DNA of 64,000 nucleotides, taken from the human T2T-CHM13v2.0 reference genome, Homo sapiens. The stretch is from the NCBI RefSeq assembly GCF_009914755.1, contig NC_060927.1; one strand, written 5' to 3'. How positions within the stretch are numbered: the stretch's first letter is position 1; each line of letters starts with the position of its first letter. The position numbers and the translations under genes are program-made. The notes beneath the pieces are model-generated. The model did not search any database. It was given only the letters and a program-made list of their open reading frames with translations, and was not told the origin of the DNA. This document shows, one piece after another, positions 41,101 through 52,033 of this stretch.

Positions 41101-41691
41101 TAATTAACATAAAAGCAAAAATATCTCAGTAGAAATGCCAAGAACACAGGGAAAGAATGCGTGAAGAAAAGAACATGTTTCATAAATATACAGTTCTTAT
41201 TTTTGATAAAGCCGGAGTTCCCCACAATTGTTTTTCCAGTGTTCCTTTTCTACTTAAAATTCTAACTAAATTACTTCAACATTTTCAAAAACCTACTTGG
41301 TCTTTCTGCCACATGTTCTGTGTTCTGAGCCCTCCACCATCTACTCTTCTTTGTCAAATCTAGACCCAGCTGCAGGATAAAGTCTGTAAGACCTTGATCT
41401 TATCATCTACTATTCCTCTGTGGGGCCTGTGTGAGTTTAGGATGGGGAGTCATCTTTGTAAGGCCCAGATAAAGAGAGAACCATGTCTAAATAATTCACT
41501 TAGCTGTTGGGAATTCTTCACTATGGAGCTGGTAACTAGTTTTCTGACCTTAGCTTCTGCCATATTTTATTCTCTCCCTTCTCCCTATCCACATCCAACA
41601 CTTCAATACCACTCACGTAAACGTTATTCTCCTGAATAACATATACTGCTCCATTTGCAGGTCGGTCCTTGTCCAAATTTATATACCTAGA

Positions 41692-41890
41692 CTTAAGTCC
41701 TCATTTAATGTCACCAATAGGTTCTTGGAAACTGCTACTTCAAGCAAAACAATGTACAGAAGGTCCTCAAATGACTTTGTTTCATTCAACACAGTTCAAT
41801 TATAATGTTGATGAGAAAAAAATGTTTCGTTATACATTGTTTTGCTTAAAGTCAGTTTCCAAGAACCTATCGATAACACCTAGACCTACA
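41692..41890. mobile_element. MER6B/C-like TcMar-Tigger palindromic MITE
   Basis: Perfect 18-bp inverted repeat ataggttcttggaaactg (41717-41734) / cagtttccaagaacctat (41853-41870); internal ataatgttgatgagaaaaaaa. Confidence 0.7.
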
Positions 41891-42517
41891 GTATGTATGA
41901 ATATACATATATACATATTTTCTGTAATGTCATTTCCTGTACTACTTGTCAAAATACAGACATTTTTATAGATCTGCTTATTATATCCAGAAACTGCCTG
42001 CGTACACCATTACCCCCACCAATCCCAAGCTAGAATATGTTTTTTATAACCATATCTAGCACATATTTTTTTACCTCATTATGTAACTATGTTTCACTGG
42101 CCTATCAGAAGTATCTTACTATAGTATTAATTGGAAGCTTCTGCATAGTAGAACCTGTTATGCTTTCCTTTGTACTGGCTTTGCCACAACTATCAAGATG
42201 CAGAACACAGGATATTATGGTAAATGTTTATTAAAGTTAAATTTAGATCATTTATTTAATTAACATTTATTAGCCACTTATATGTTTGGTGTTTGGCTGA
42301 GCTTAGAATGCAAATATGAATGAAGCACAGAAACATAAATTATAAAATGTAATTTGCGGGGAAGTAATGAACTCTGTTGGTGGTTGAGGTTTCCAAGGAT
42401 ATTCTGTGTAAACTAAATCTTAAAGCTTGAATATGAGAACATTGTGATGAGGGCATTTCGGGTAAAAGGAATAGTGTAGAAAATGATGTACAGACAGAAA
42501 CATGTGGTATAATGGAC

Positions 42518-44008
42518 ATTACATAATGGTAAAACAAGAACACCAGAACACCTGACTACTGTAAATACACCCAAAACAGGAGCACCCAGATACATAAAGC
42601 AAGTTATTAGAGACCTAGAAAGAGACTTAGATTTCCATACAATAATAAGGGGAGACTTTAACACCCCACCAACAGTATTAGACAGATCATCAAGGCAGAA
42701 AATTAACAGATATTCAGGATCTGAATTCAACGCTTGACCAAATTGACTTAATAAACTCCCTATTCAAGAAATGGTGCTGGGATAACTGAATAGCCACGTG
42801 CAGAAGATTGAAACTGGACCCTTTCCTTACATAATATACAAAAATTAACTCAAATGGATTAAAGACTTAAATTTAAATCCTAAAACTATGAACAACCTGG
42901 AGGATAACCTAGGAAGTATAATTCTGGACATAGGATCTGGCAAAGATCTCATGGTGAAGAAACCAAATGCAATTGCAATAAAAACAAAAATTGACAACTG
43001 GGACCTAAATAAACTAAAGAGCTTCTGCACAGCAAAATAAACTATCAAAAGAGTAAACAGACAATCTACAGAATGGGAGAAAATATTTGCAAACTATGCA
43101 TCTGACAAAGGTCTAATATCCAACATCTATGAGGAATTTAAACAAATACACAAGGAAAAAAAAAACAACCCCATTAAAAAGTGAGCAAAGGACATGAACA
43201 GACACTTTTCAAAAAAAGACATATATGCGGTCAGCCAGCATGTGAAAAAATGTGCAACATCACTAATCATTAGAGAAATGCAAATTAAAACTACAATTCG
43301 ATACTGTCTCACACCAGTCAGAATGGCTGCTCTTAAAAAGTCAATAAATAACAGACACTAGTGAGGTTGCAAAGAAAAACCCTTATACACTTCTGGTGGG
43401 AATGTAAATTAGTTCAACCATTGTGGAAAGCAATTTGGTGATTTCTCAAAGAACTCAAAGCAGAATTACCATTCAACCCAGCAATCCATTATTGGGTATA
43501 TCCCAAAGGAATATAAGGTCTTCTATCATAAATACACATGCACATGTATATCCATTGCAGCACTATTCACAATAGCAAAGACATGGAATCAACCTAAATG
43601 CCTATAAAGAGTAGGCTGAATAAAGAAAATTTGGTGCATATATGCCATGGAATACTACATAGCCATAAAAAAGAATGAGATCATGTCCTTTGCAGCAACT
43701 TGGAGGCCATTACCCTAAGTGAACTAATACTAGGACAGAAAACCAAATATTACATGTTCTCACTTATAACTGGGAGCTAAACATTGAGAACATATGGACA
43801 CAAAGAAGGTAACAACAGAAACCAGGCCTACTCCAGGGTGGAGGAAGTGAGGAGGGTGAGGATTGAAAAACTACCCACTAGGTACTATGCTTATTACCTG
43901 TGTGGTGAAATAATCTGTACACCAAACCCCTGTGACATGCAATTTACCTGATTAACCTTCACACGTACCCCTGAACCTAAAATTAAAGTTAAAAAAATAA
44001 AAATAAAG
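42518..44008 (+). mobile_element. L1PA13-16-like element with a large internal ORF2 deletion
   Basis: EN-domain sequence (ggagactttaacacccc) at 42518-42755 joins directly to late-ORF2 sequence (actccctattcaagaaatggtgctgg), then 3'UTR and A-rich tail at about 43991-44008. Confidence 0.88.
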
Positions 44009-45510
44009 AATTTATTTCCACTGGGGCATTTTGTGAAATTATTGTTTTACAGAACGAATTGTAGGAAATTCTAGACTTGGGCTATATTTATTTGGTAAAA
44101 TCCCCAAAGCCTAGGGGTTAAATTTGAGACAGTATGCCTCAGTTTCTGACTTGAATGGGGGATGGATAGTGGTGCCATTAATTGTGATAGAAACTTTTGA
44201 GGAAAGAAAATTATTTCATTCTTGGACATGCTAAATTTTGAGTTGCCTATGTAATATCAAAGTAAGAAAATTTCTGATAACTATCTGAATATGCACCTGA
44301 AGTTTATCAATATGTTTCTTATATATGTGAGTAGCAATTGAAGTTTTATGAATAGAAAAAATATATACTGTCTCAAATTCTTCAGCATAGATTTTGATTG
44401 AACTTCCTGTCTGTCTAACTGAGGGCAGTTGAGCCTTGGGAAACATCCTTTGCGAACAGAGTTGGATGATAGTTTCCAACAAAATGTCTAAGATGGGGAA
44501 ATGAAGGGTTGGTGCAGACTTTACATTTTTAACATAGCTGCTCATCTTACATCCTCTGTCTGTCTCTATTGAAAAAGGCACCTTTGAAAAGCACAGATAC
44601 ACTCCTTAGAGTTTCGGGGTGGATAATGAGTGTCAGCCTCCAGCAATAACTGTGATGTGTGAACTTCAGGCAATGACATGGAATCTCTCAGGTCTCTCTC
44701 AGTTTTGAGAGCAGGGATTGTTGTTATTAACTTCAGCATAATTTGAAACAAGAATCTGGAGCTAGCAAAACTTGAGTGGTCATTATGAGCTTTATGAGCT
44801 ACAAAGATCTGTAAACCTAATTAAATTTATATTTTTAACAAGGTCACAAACTCAAACAGTTCGTATTTTTAGATGGAGCAGCATGAACTCCATGTACTCC
44901 GGAGCAGCATGTACTCCGCAAAAGAATGACTCATAAAGACCATCTATTAAACATCCTTTCTCCCTCTTAAAGGCTGTTTCTGTCTTGATCTCTCCATCAT
45001 TCCATGTCAGAATGTAACCTTGAACTTCCTTCTTTCTTAACCAGTGACTGGCCTGTAAATGTGACAAGAGAAATAGTAGGCAATGTTGCCAAGCTTGCCA
45101 TCATTTCAGTCTGACTTATTGAGCCCAGCCATAGGCACCGGGATCACTGGTTCCACATTTTCTTAGTATGTTTTCAGGGAATAACCATTGGAAATGCTAA
45201 TCTCTTGATGCAGAAATAGAAACAAATAATGGTGAAATAGGGAAGAGAAAATAGTGAAGCACATATAGAAAAATATATAGAGTGCACTTGCCTAGAGAAA
45301 TACATTATGCAATTTTTCCACCACAGATTTATTTAAGTTTAATTACATTTAGAGCAATCATACTGAATGTCTGAAATTATATTACACTTGTCAATAAAAA
45401 ACTCATAGCAACAGGAGATTCTCAGGCAAATCAGAATGTTGAGGTCTTTCAATGAAATTAAGTGGGTTAAACATTTTCTCATGAAACTTGAAATATCTGA
45501 TCACTGGGTA

Positions 45511-46039
45511 TGTGGTGGCTTAAAGATGACTATCAAATTCTTTGCCACAGTTGTGTAAAGAAAAATAATTAATCTGCCCTTCCTTTGAATTTTTTTTATT
45601 TTTTTTGCCATGTGACTACTCAAACAGTAGAACATGGTAGAGATCACATTGTGCTAATTCCAAGTTTAGCCTCTAAAATCTCTATCAGCTTCTGCTTGTT
45701 CACTCTTAGAACAATTACTCTTTGGATACTACCTCTCAAAATCCATCTGCTTCTCAGAAACCAAAGTTACAGGGAGAGACTGAGTGTAAGTTCTGGTCAA
45801 CAGCCTCAGTTAAGCTCCAAGCCAAAAGAACATGTCATCTGTCAGCCATGTGAGAAAGCCATTTTGGATGTTCCAGCTCAAATAAATCCCAGATGATGCA
45901 GCTGTAGCTGACATCACATGGTGCAGAACTACCCAGCTGGCTTTAGCCAATCCTTAGAATCATGAGAAATTATAAAATTATTTTTAGCCATTAAGTTCTG
46001 AGATGGTTTATTATTATGCAGCTATTCATAACTGAAACA
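45511..46039 (+). mobile_element. MLT1 (G/H-like) MaLR solo LTR
   Basis: tgtggtggcttaaagatgact...gccatgtgagaaagccattttggatgttccagc...ataactgaaaca. Confidence 0.75.
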
Positions 46040-47229
46040 GATAACATGGCTTATTCTTGGGGAAAAGTACATTCTCAACTCTTAGAGGTCATTTAGTAAC
46101 CCAGAAGAAAATTTCTATCCAGTAATGCTAGTGAGAAAATAAGGAATAGTTTAGTATCCCTCTTATGACATAAAATAAGTCAATGAGATTCATGATTACC
46201 TGCCCTTAGGGGATCCCAAAACACATGTTGGTCTGTTATTTAGGAAAAATAGAAAACAATTGTGTTTAGCCAAAAAGATGTGGAGAAGTCAACTTGTGCA
46301 GGCTCTCATTGGAATATGATATAATATTTTAGAATTATGTAATTAAAGCCTTATTGTATCAAGGTTAACTGTAAAAGATGCTTGGATATGCAACTGTATT
46401 TAGAGTATAATTATAACAATATAAAATAAATAAGGCCAAAATATGCCTAAGAATAAATGCCTGAGGGCAATGTTCAAAGGTATACATTAGCTCCCTTGAT
46501 GTGCCATTTGACGTGCTTAATTCTTAGGGCAAAACAAGAGCAAGTAAAATTCCATGGAGGAACAAAAGAGAGGAAAGCTAGATCTCTCCTGGTCAATCAG
46601 AGATGATTTCATTGAGGAATTTTTACTTGAATGAGTTTTACAACATTAATGAAAATTGAACAAGTGCTCAATGGAAGAGAAAATTCTAAGCAGAAGTAGC
46701 CTCTGAAAGGCACAGAAGGGGAAATAAAATAGCAAACAGCGCTAAGTGAGAAACTGAGATTGTTCTGGTGCAGAATTTGTGGCGGGAGGTAAGAGATAGG
46801 AAGCCAGGATAGAGTATTATGGGCCAATCTACTGAACTCAGTAGTTCCATTTGGATTGATTTCCCCTTTTCCTTGAATGCTCATGTTGCTGTGTGTAGCT
46901 ATCAATTGTGACACTAAGTTAATTATGCTTTGTATTGTAGCTATTTGTCCACATTTTCACATTCTGTCCTAGACCATAAATTCCATATACCTGGAGCAAT
47001 TGTTCAACAAATATACATGTGCTCATCTAGATTTCCCAGGTTCTCTTTGGCTTTTTAAGATTTTTAAAATGACTTTGGGACTCTGACTCTCTAAGAACAG
47101 AAAGTGAGTTGAGAATTTTGTGGTTCTAGAATAAACCACAAAATTCTAGAGATGAGCTACTCTACAAAGCCCAGTGCAGATCATGGTTAAGAAAGAAAAT
47201 GAAAAATGAGGAGGGCAGAGCTAGGGGAC

Positions 47230-47620
47230 AATAGACAAATAAGAACTTCTCAGAGAGCAGAATCAGAGCCTAATTAAGGGATTATCTTCCCATTCCTCAG
47301 AGTCGGAGTTTCTTATGTCTACCTAGTGGGATTTAGACTTATGTTCCAGCAACTGCTGTATGTCTTCTATTCTTCCCTTTTCAAAATAAGGGTGCGTGTT
47401 GTAGTTATCCTATTGCAGCATTACACATTGGTGTGGAAGGTAAGATAACGAGCAATATTATTCTATGATCTCAAGGCTGTGATGTGCTACCCCAGTAAGA
47501 TGAAGAAAGTGTCACTCCACACCCAGAGATGGTAGACTTTGAGGATGCAGCGTCTGTGTGGAACTTTGTGTTGTCTCCTTGTAAGGGGATTTTTTAAAAT
47601 AAATGTTTTCTTGCAATAGG
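47230..47620 (+). mobile_element. MLT1-internal (MaLR) 3' relic
   Basis: ctgctgtatgtcttctattcttcccttt...gtagttatcctattg...cattggtgtggaaggtaagataac. Confidence 0.5.
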
Positions 47621-48660
47621 CTTTTTTTGAAGTGAAGTAACATATCTCTGGCCATGACCTTCTTCCAAATGTAAGTGTATCAATTATCCTACCATCCAGC
47701 CAGAAATTGCTTTATCTTCCTTGTTTTGCAATCCTAGTCCATAGGGTTGTCAGTTGCAGTCTCATAACTTGAAGTGTTCTCTTGAACATTCTATATATAA
47801 TTGAAGACATTTGACATCTGTTTTACTTTTCTAAATTCATGCTAATACAATATGGTATAGTGCCATGCATTTTAAGGAAGAAAAAAATGGAAATTCAAGC
47901 ATGAAAATAGCAAAGATAAAAATAAAAGAAAAACATAGACATTTGGGTTGCATCCAGTAGTTTCTTGTTTACTTGTTTTGTGCTTTGTGTTTGTGTACAT
48001 GTATGTATGTTTTGTTATGTTTTGCTTTTTGCTAGTAAGAATACATTTACTGAGAAACTTCTTGTTTGAGACTCTGATACTCCTGAGCAAGATTTTTCTC
48101 CCAGTGTAAGTTATAGAGCTAGGGTTGACAATGCTGGAAATTAGTTGAGTGAAAATAATTAATTCAAATAGAGTCTGAATGTCTATATGGTATGTATATG
48201 ATACAATTTTTGTAAAGCTTAAAAATAAGCATAAATGATATTCTATTTAGAAAGAGCTTATGGGGTAAAGTTGTTTAAATAAATTATGGAATAACAAACG
48301 TAAAATTTTAGATAGAAATTGCCTCTGAGGGAACGTAAGGGGATATAACTAGGCAATAGTAGCATATGATTTTCACTGGAATTTGGTAGTATTTTGGTTG
48401 TTAAGTTGGGTGGTGGGTTCGTGAATGTTCAATTAATCACTATAATTCACAATTTCCATACTAACTACATAAAGTTTTGATCATATTAAGTGAATATATT
48501 TTTTATAATTCAGAGGTAAACAACTACTTCTAAAGTATAAAGAGCCAGCAAGATATAATGAACTCTGAAGAAATTTTAGAGTTCACTGACTAAAAAAAAA
48601 ATGTATTGTCTATATGTGTTTTATTTGAATTTCAATGTCCCTACAAAGATAAGGAGACTC

Positions 48661-48861
48661 TGTGGCGGATAGATCTGAAGATGATACCTGGCGATTTCCT
48701 ATTCCCAGTGTGCATGGCTTTGGGTATTCCCCACCTCTGGAGTATGGGTGAGAACTATGACTTGCTTTTAATCAATTAAATATGAGAGTTCACTTCCACA
48801 GTTAGTGTAGATTACATGGCAAAAAAGATGGAGTGTCACTCTTGTGATGATAAATGTGACT
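48661..48861 (+). mobile_element. MLT1E/F-like LTR 5' fragment
   Basis: tgtggcggatagatctgaagatg...gagtatgggtgagaactatgacttgctt...atggcaaaaaagatgg. Confidence 0.6.
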
Positions 48862-49060
48862 CGTGCCTCAGCCTCCCAAGTGGCTGGGATTACAGGCGTG
48901 CGCCACCAAGCCCTGCTAATATTTATAGATATAGTATTTTTAGTAGAGACAGGATTTTGCTGTTTTGGCCAGACTGGCTTGAACTCCCGGCCTCAAGTGA
49001 TTTGCCCGCCTCGGCCTCCCAAGGTGCTGGGATTTCAGGCTTGAGCCACTGTGTCCAGCC
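48860..49060 (-). mobile_element. 3'-truncated Alu (J/S)
   Basis: gcctcagcctcccaagtggctgggattacagg...gagccactgtgtccagcc; 3' part of the right arm and tail absent. Confidence 0.85.
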
Positions 49061-49114
49061 TCAAATCTCTATTTTAGAGTTGTTATTAACCTTTGTGAAA
49101 CAGAGAACTGTAGC

Positions 49115-49146
49115 CTTTCTTTTTCTTTCTTTCTTTCTTTCTTTTT

Positions 49147-49207
<61 letters not shown>

Positions 49208-49257
49208 TTTCTTTCTTTTCTTCTTTCTTTCTTTCCTCTTTTTCTTTCTTTTTTTTC
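49115..49257. repeat. (TTTC)n / pyrimidine-only tract
   Basis: About 140 bp consisting of C/T only. Confidence 0.95.
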
Positions 49258-51837
49258 GATGGGGGTTGGGGAGACAGATTGAGAGAGCGCGAGAGCGAGA
49301 GATTATGCACATTTGTGAGCTCTTTAAAACTAGCTCAAGAAAGATCCTCAGAAGACCAACATCCTAGAAATCAGTACCAAACACAACTAGTGTAACATAA
49401 ATAGCTTCCTTTCTTAAAAACAGCTATTTGAAGAAAGTTAGCTGTCAATCAAAAACAGTTTTATTTGATCAGACAGAGGCAAGATGCTATGGCTGTTTAG
49501 CCAAAGAAAATGACATTATAGATATATGTAAAATTCCAACACATTGTGTAATGTAACAAAACTTAAGCTGTCTTCTCATTATTATTGTTATTAATTTAGA
49601 TCTATATTCTACTGACTTAGGTGAGAAAATTCTCCACTTACCGCTTTGAAAGTTAACCAACTTTCTATGGATTGTTCATTTGTTTAATAGTACAAGCAAT
49701 GAAAACATGTTTTACCATAGGTCTTAAGTATGTAGCACCTTCCTCCACCAGTATTTAATCATAGACCTTATACTAAGGCATACAATTTTAGGTATCCATG
49801 ATAAAATAGAATAAGTAGGATCAAAGAAGATTGTAAACTATCCTTAAACTATGAGATATTTGAGGGAAGGGATTGTACCATATTTATCTTTATCTCCAAC
49901 TTTTGAGAGCACCTAGGACTCACAGGTCATTGTAAAATGTTTCCTAAATTAAACAGAAAACCAACTCATAGTTATTTTGTGACACTGAATCAGGCACAAA
50001 ATAACTCTATTGCAGGAAGTTTAACCAGTATTGATAGCCAATACTTGCCGTGAGAATTGGATGGCAGTATTTAGAGCTGAATTTAAATGTATATTATTTG
50101 AAAGATTTCCTACTCTTTTCAGTTTGTTGGGACCTTAAATGAGAGTTTTGAATCGGTGTGTAACTAAAATAGGGAAAAACATTTAAGGATCTGGCTTGAA
50201 ATGCAGATGTTTGGGATTACATCTAATTGCTTCACTGCTGCTGCTATTTTTGTCGATCTGCTGAAAGAACGTTTGTAAATGCTGGAAGAAAGCCTAACTT
50301 AAAAGGGTTAGGCTTCTAAAGTGCTGTAATCTACAGTCCAGTAAGAAGTGACAAATTGTAAGCAAAAGATAATCTCTTCCACTTACAGAAATGCCAGACC
50401 AAATATCATCTGTAGAAAGACTTCAGGAACTTTAATATATTCATGTTAATGAAGCAGAATTTAAAAATAGGCATTTATGGATCTTTGGAGTCCTGTTGCT
50501 TTCTAGATTTCAACTGTGCTGGTTAGCAGGTCTTTTCAGTCATAATCTGATGGAGTACACGGAGGCTCTGTATTTTACAGAGATTCATGGAAAGCCTATA
50601 ATGTGGAGGTGAGCCAACACCCAGTCTCCCAACTTTTTGCATCTTCTACACAATGGAAACCCACAGCTTGTGAGGCAAGGGACTTTGAATACATTTGGAA
50701 AGTTTTACGTTCTAGGTAATAGAACATAAAGTGACTTTAAAAAAGAAAAAATTTAAACCACATATGAGTTATGAAGGTACTCCTTTAAAAAAATCTCAAT
50801 TATGTCAGGGTTGTGGGCATTTTTGCTTACCTCTAGTCCTCCTCTCATAGGTACAAAATAGGAGCTAGCCTCTACAAAGGACACCACAATATCATATTCC
50901 AAACAAAAAGTGGATGCAAATAGAAAAGGGGCGTTCCTTTGTTAAGGAGTAAAATCCTTTTCAGATCTCTCAAGTAGCCTCTCTTTATCTCTACCTAGCT
51001 AAAATCACATCATATGGTCATCTGTGGCTGCAAGGGAGGCTGAGAAAGTGGGGACATGGCAAAGAAGAATGAAATAGTCATAAGTAGCTTAGATAAAGGA
51101 TGTTTAATTCTGTTTTAATTCTATGAAATTGGGTGTTTTCTTTTTCAAAAAAAATTCGAGATCTGTTAGCAAGAAAAAGAGTGAAAGCTATAGGGTAGCA
51201 GGGTAGCCATGCAACACTGTTTCTAAATTCTCATTCTATTTTATTACTGTACTAATTTGAAAAACAGTTAAAGGAACTTCTCCACCATCTTCCACATATA
51301 TCATTGTTATATTTAATCCGAAGAACAATCAACAAAAACAAAATTAAACCTAGTAAAAGACAGCACTAAAGACTCTTGAGATTTATCCATAATTTTATCA
51401 CTGAAAAAGAATTTATGTTCAAATTTGTATATTACTATCAACTTGCTCATATTATTTGCATATAATTATACTTTTAAAGTCTATATTCTTTTGCATTCTT
51501 CTATTTTAATTTGTCATAAAGGCATTTCCTTCTGCAAATTGTTGTAACAATTTTCACTCAATAGTATCATAGGTTTTTACCTCATGTTAGGTTCAAGTGT
51601 ATGCAACAATTTTCCTATCATTGGAAGTCAATATGCATAGAGAAGTAGCCTAGCAGAACACGAGCTACAGCATCACACTACCTGGCCTCAAATTTCAATA
51701 TACCACTTTCAAAGTTGGTGACCTTTGCAGGTTATTTAATTTCCTACAGTTTTCATATCTGTAGAATAAAATTAATAGAAAGATCATAATAATAATTAAG
51801 AAATGTAATTTCTGTAAATTGCTTAACATGTGTCTCA

Positions 51838-52033
51838 CTGTGCAGTCCAATATGATACCACACATGGCTACTTAAATTTAAGTTTGAATTAATAAAAATT
51901 AAATAAAATTAAAGATTTAAATCCTCGGTTGCATACTACATTTCAAATACTCAATGGTCACATGTGGCTACCATATTCTACAGCAGGTAAAGAACACTTA
52001 CAACGTTACAGAACGTTTTATTGGGAAGTACTA
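51838..52033. mobile_element. MER3 (hAT-Charlie) inserted in a MIR (about 51640-52070)
   Basis: ctgtgcagtccaatatg...cacatgtggctaccatatt...agaacgttttattgg; MIR text resumes afterwards (tagtaagagttcaataaatagttg). Confidence 0.75.

Noticed and set aside
48816-49367. Longest ORF (183 aa) and its K/E/R-rich antisense ORFs
   Set aside because: Read-through of an MLT1 fragment, an Alu fragment and the (TTTC)n tract; low-complexity artefact.
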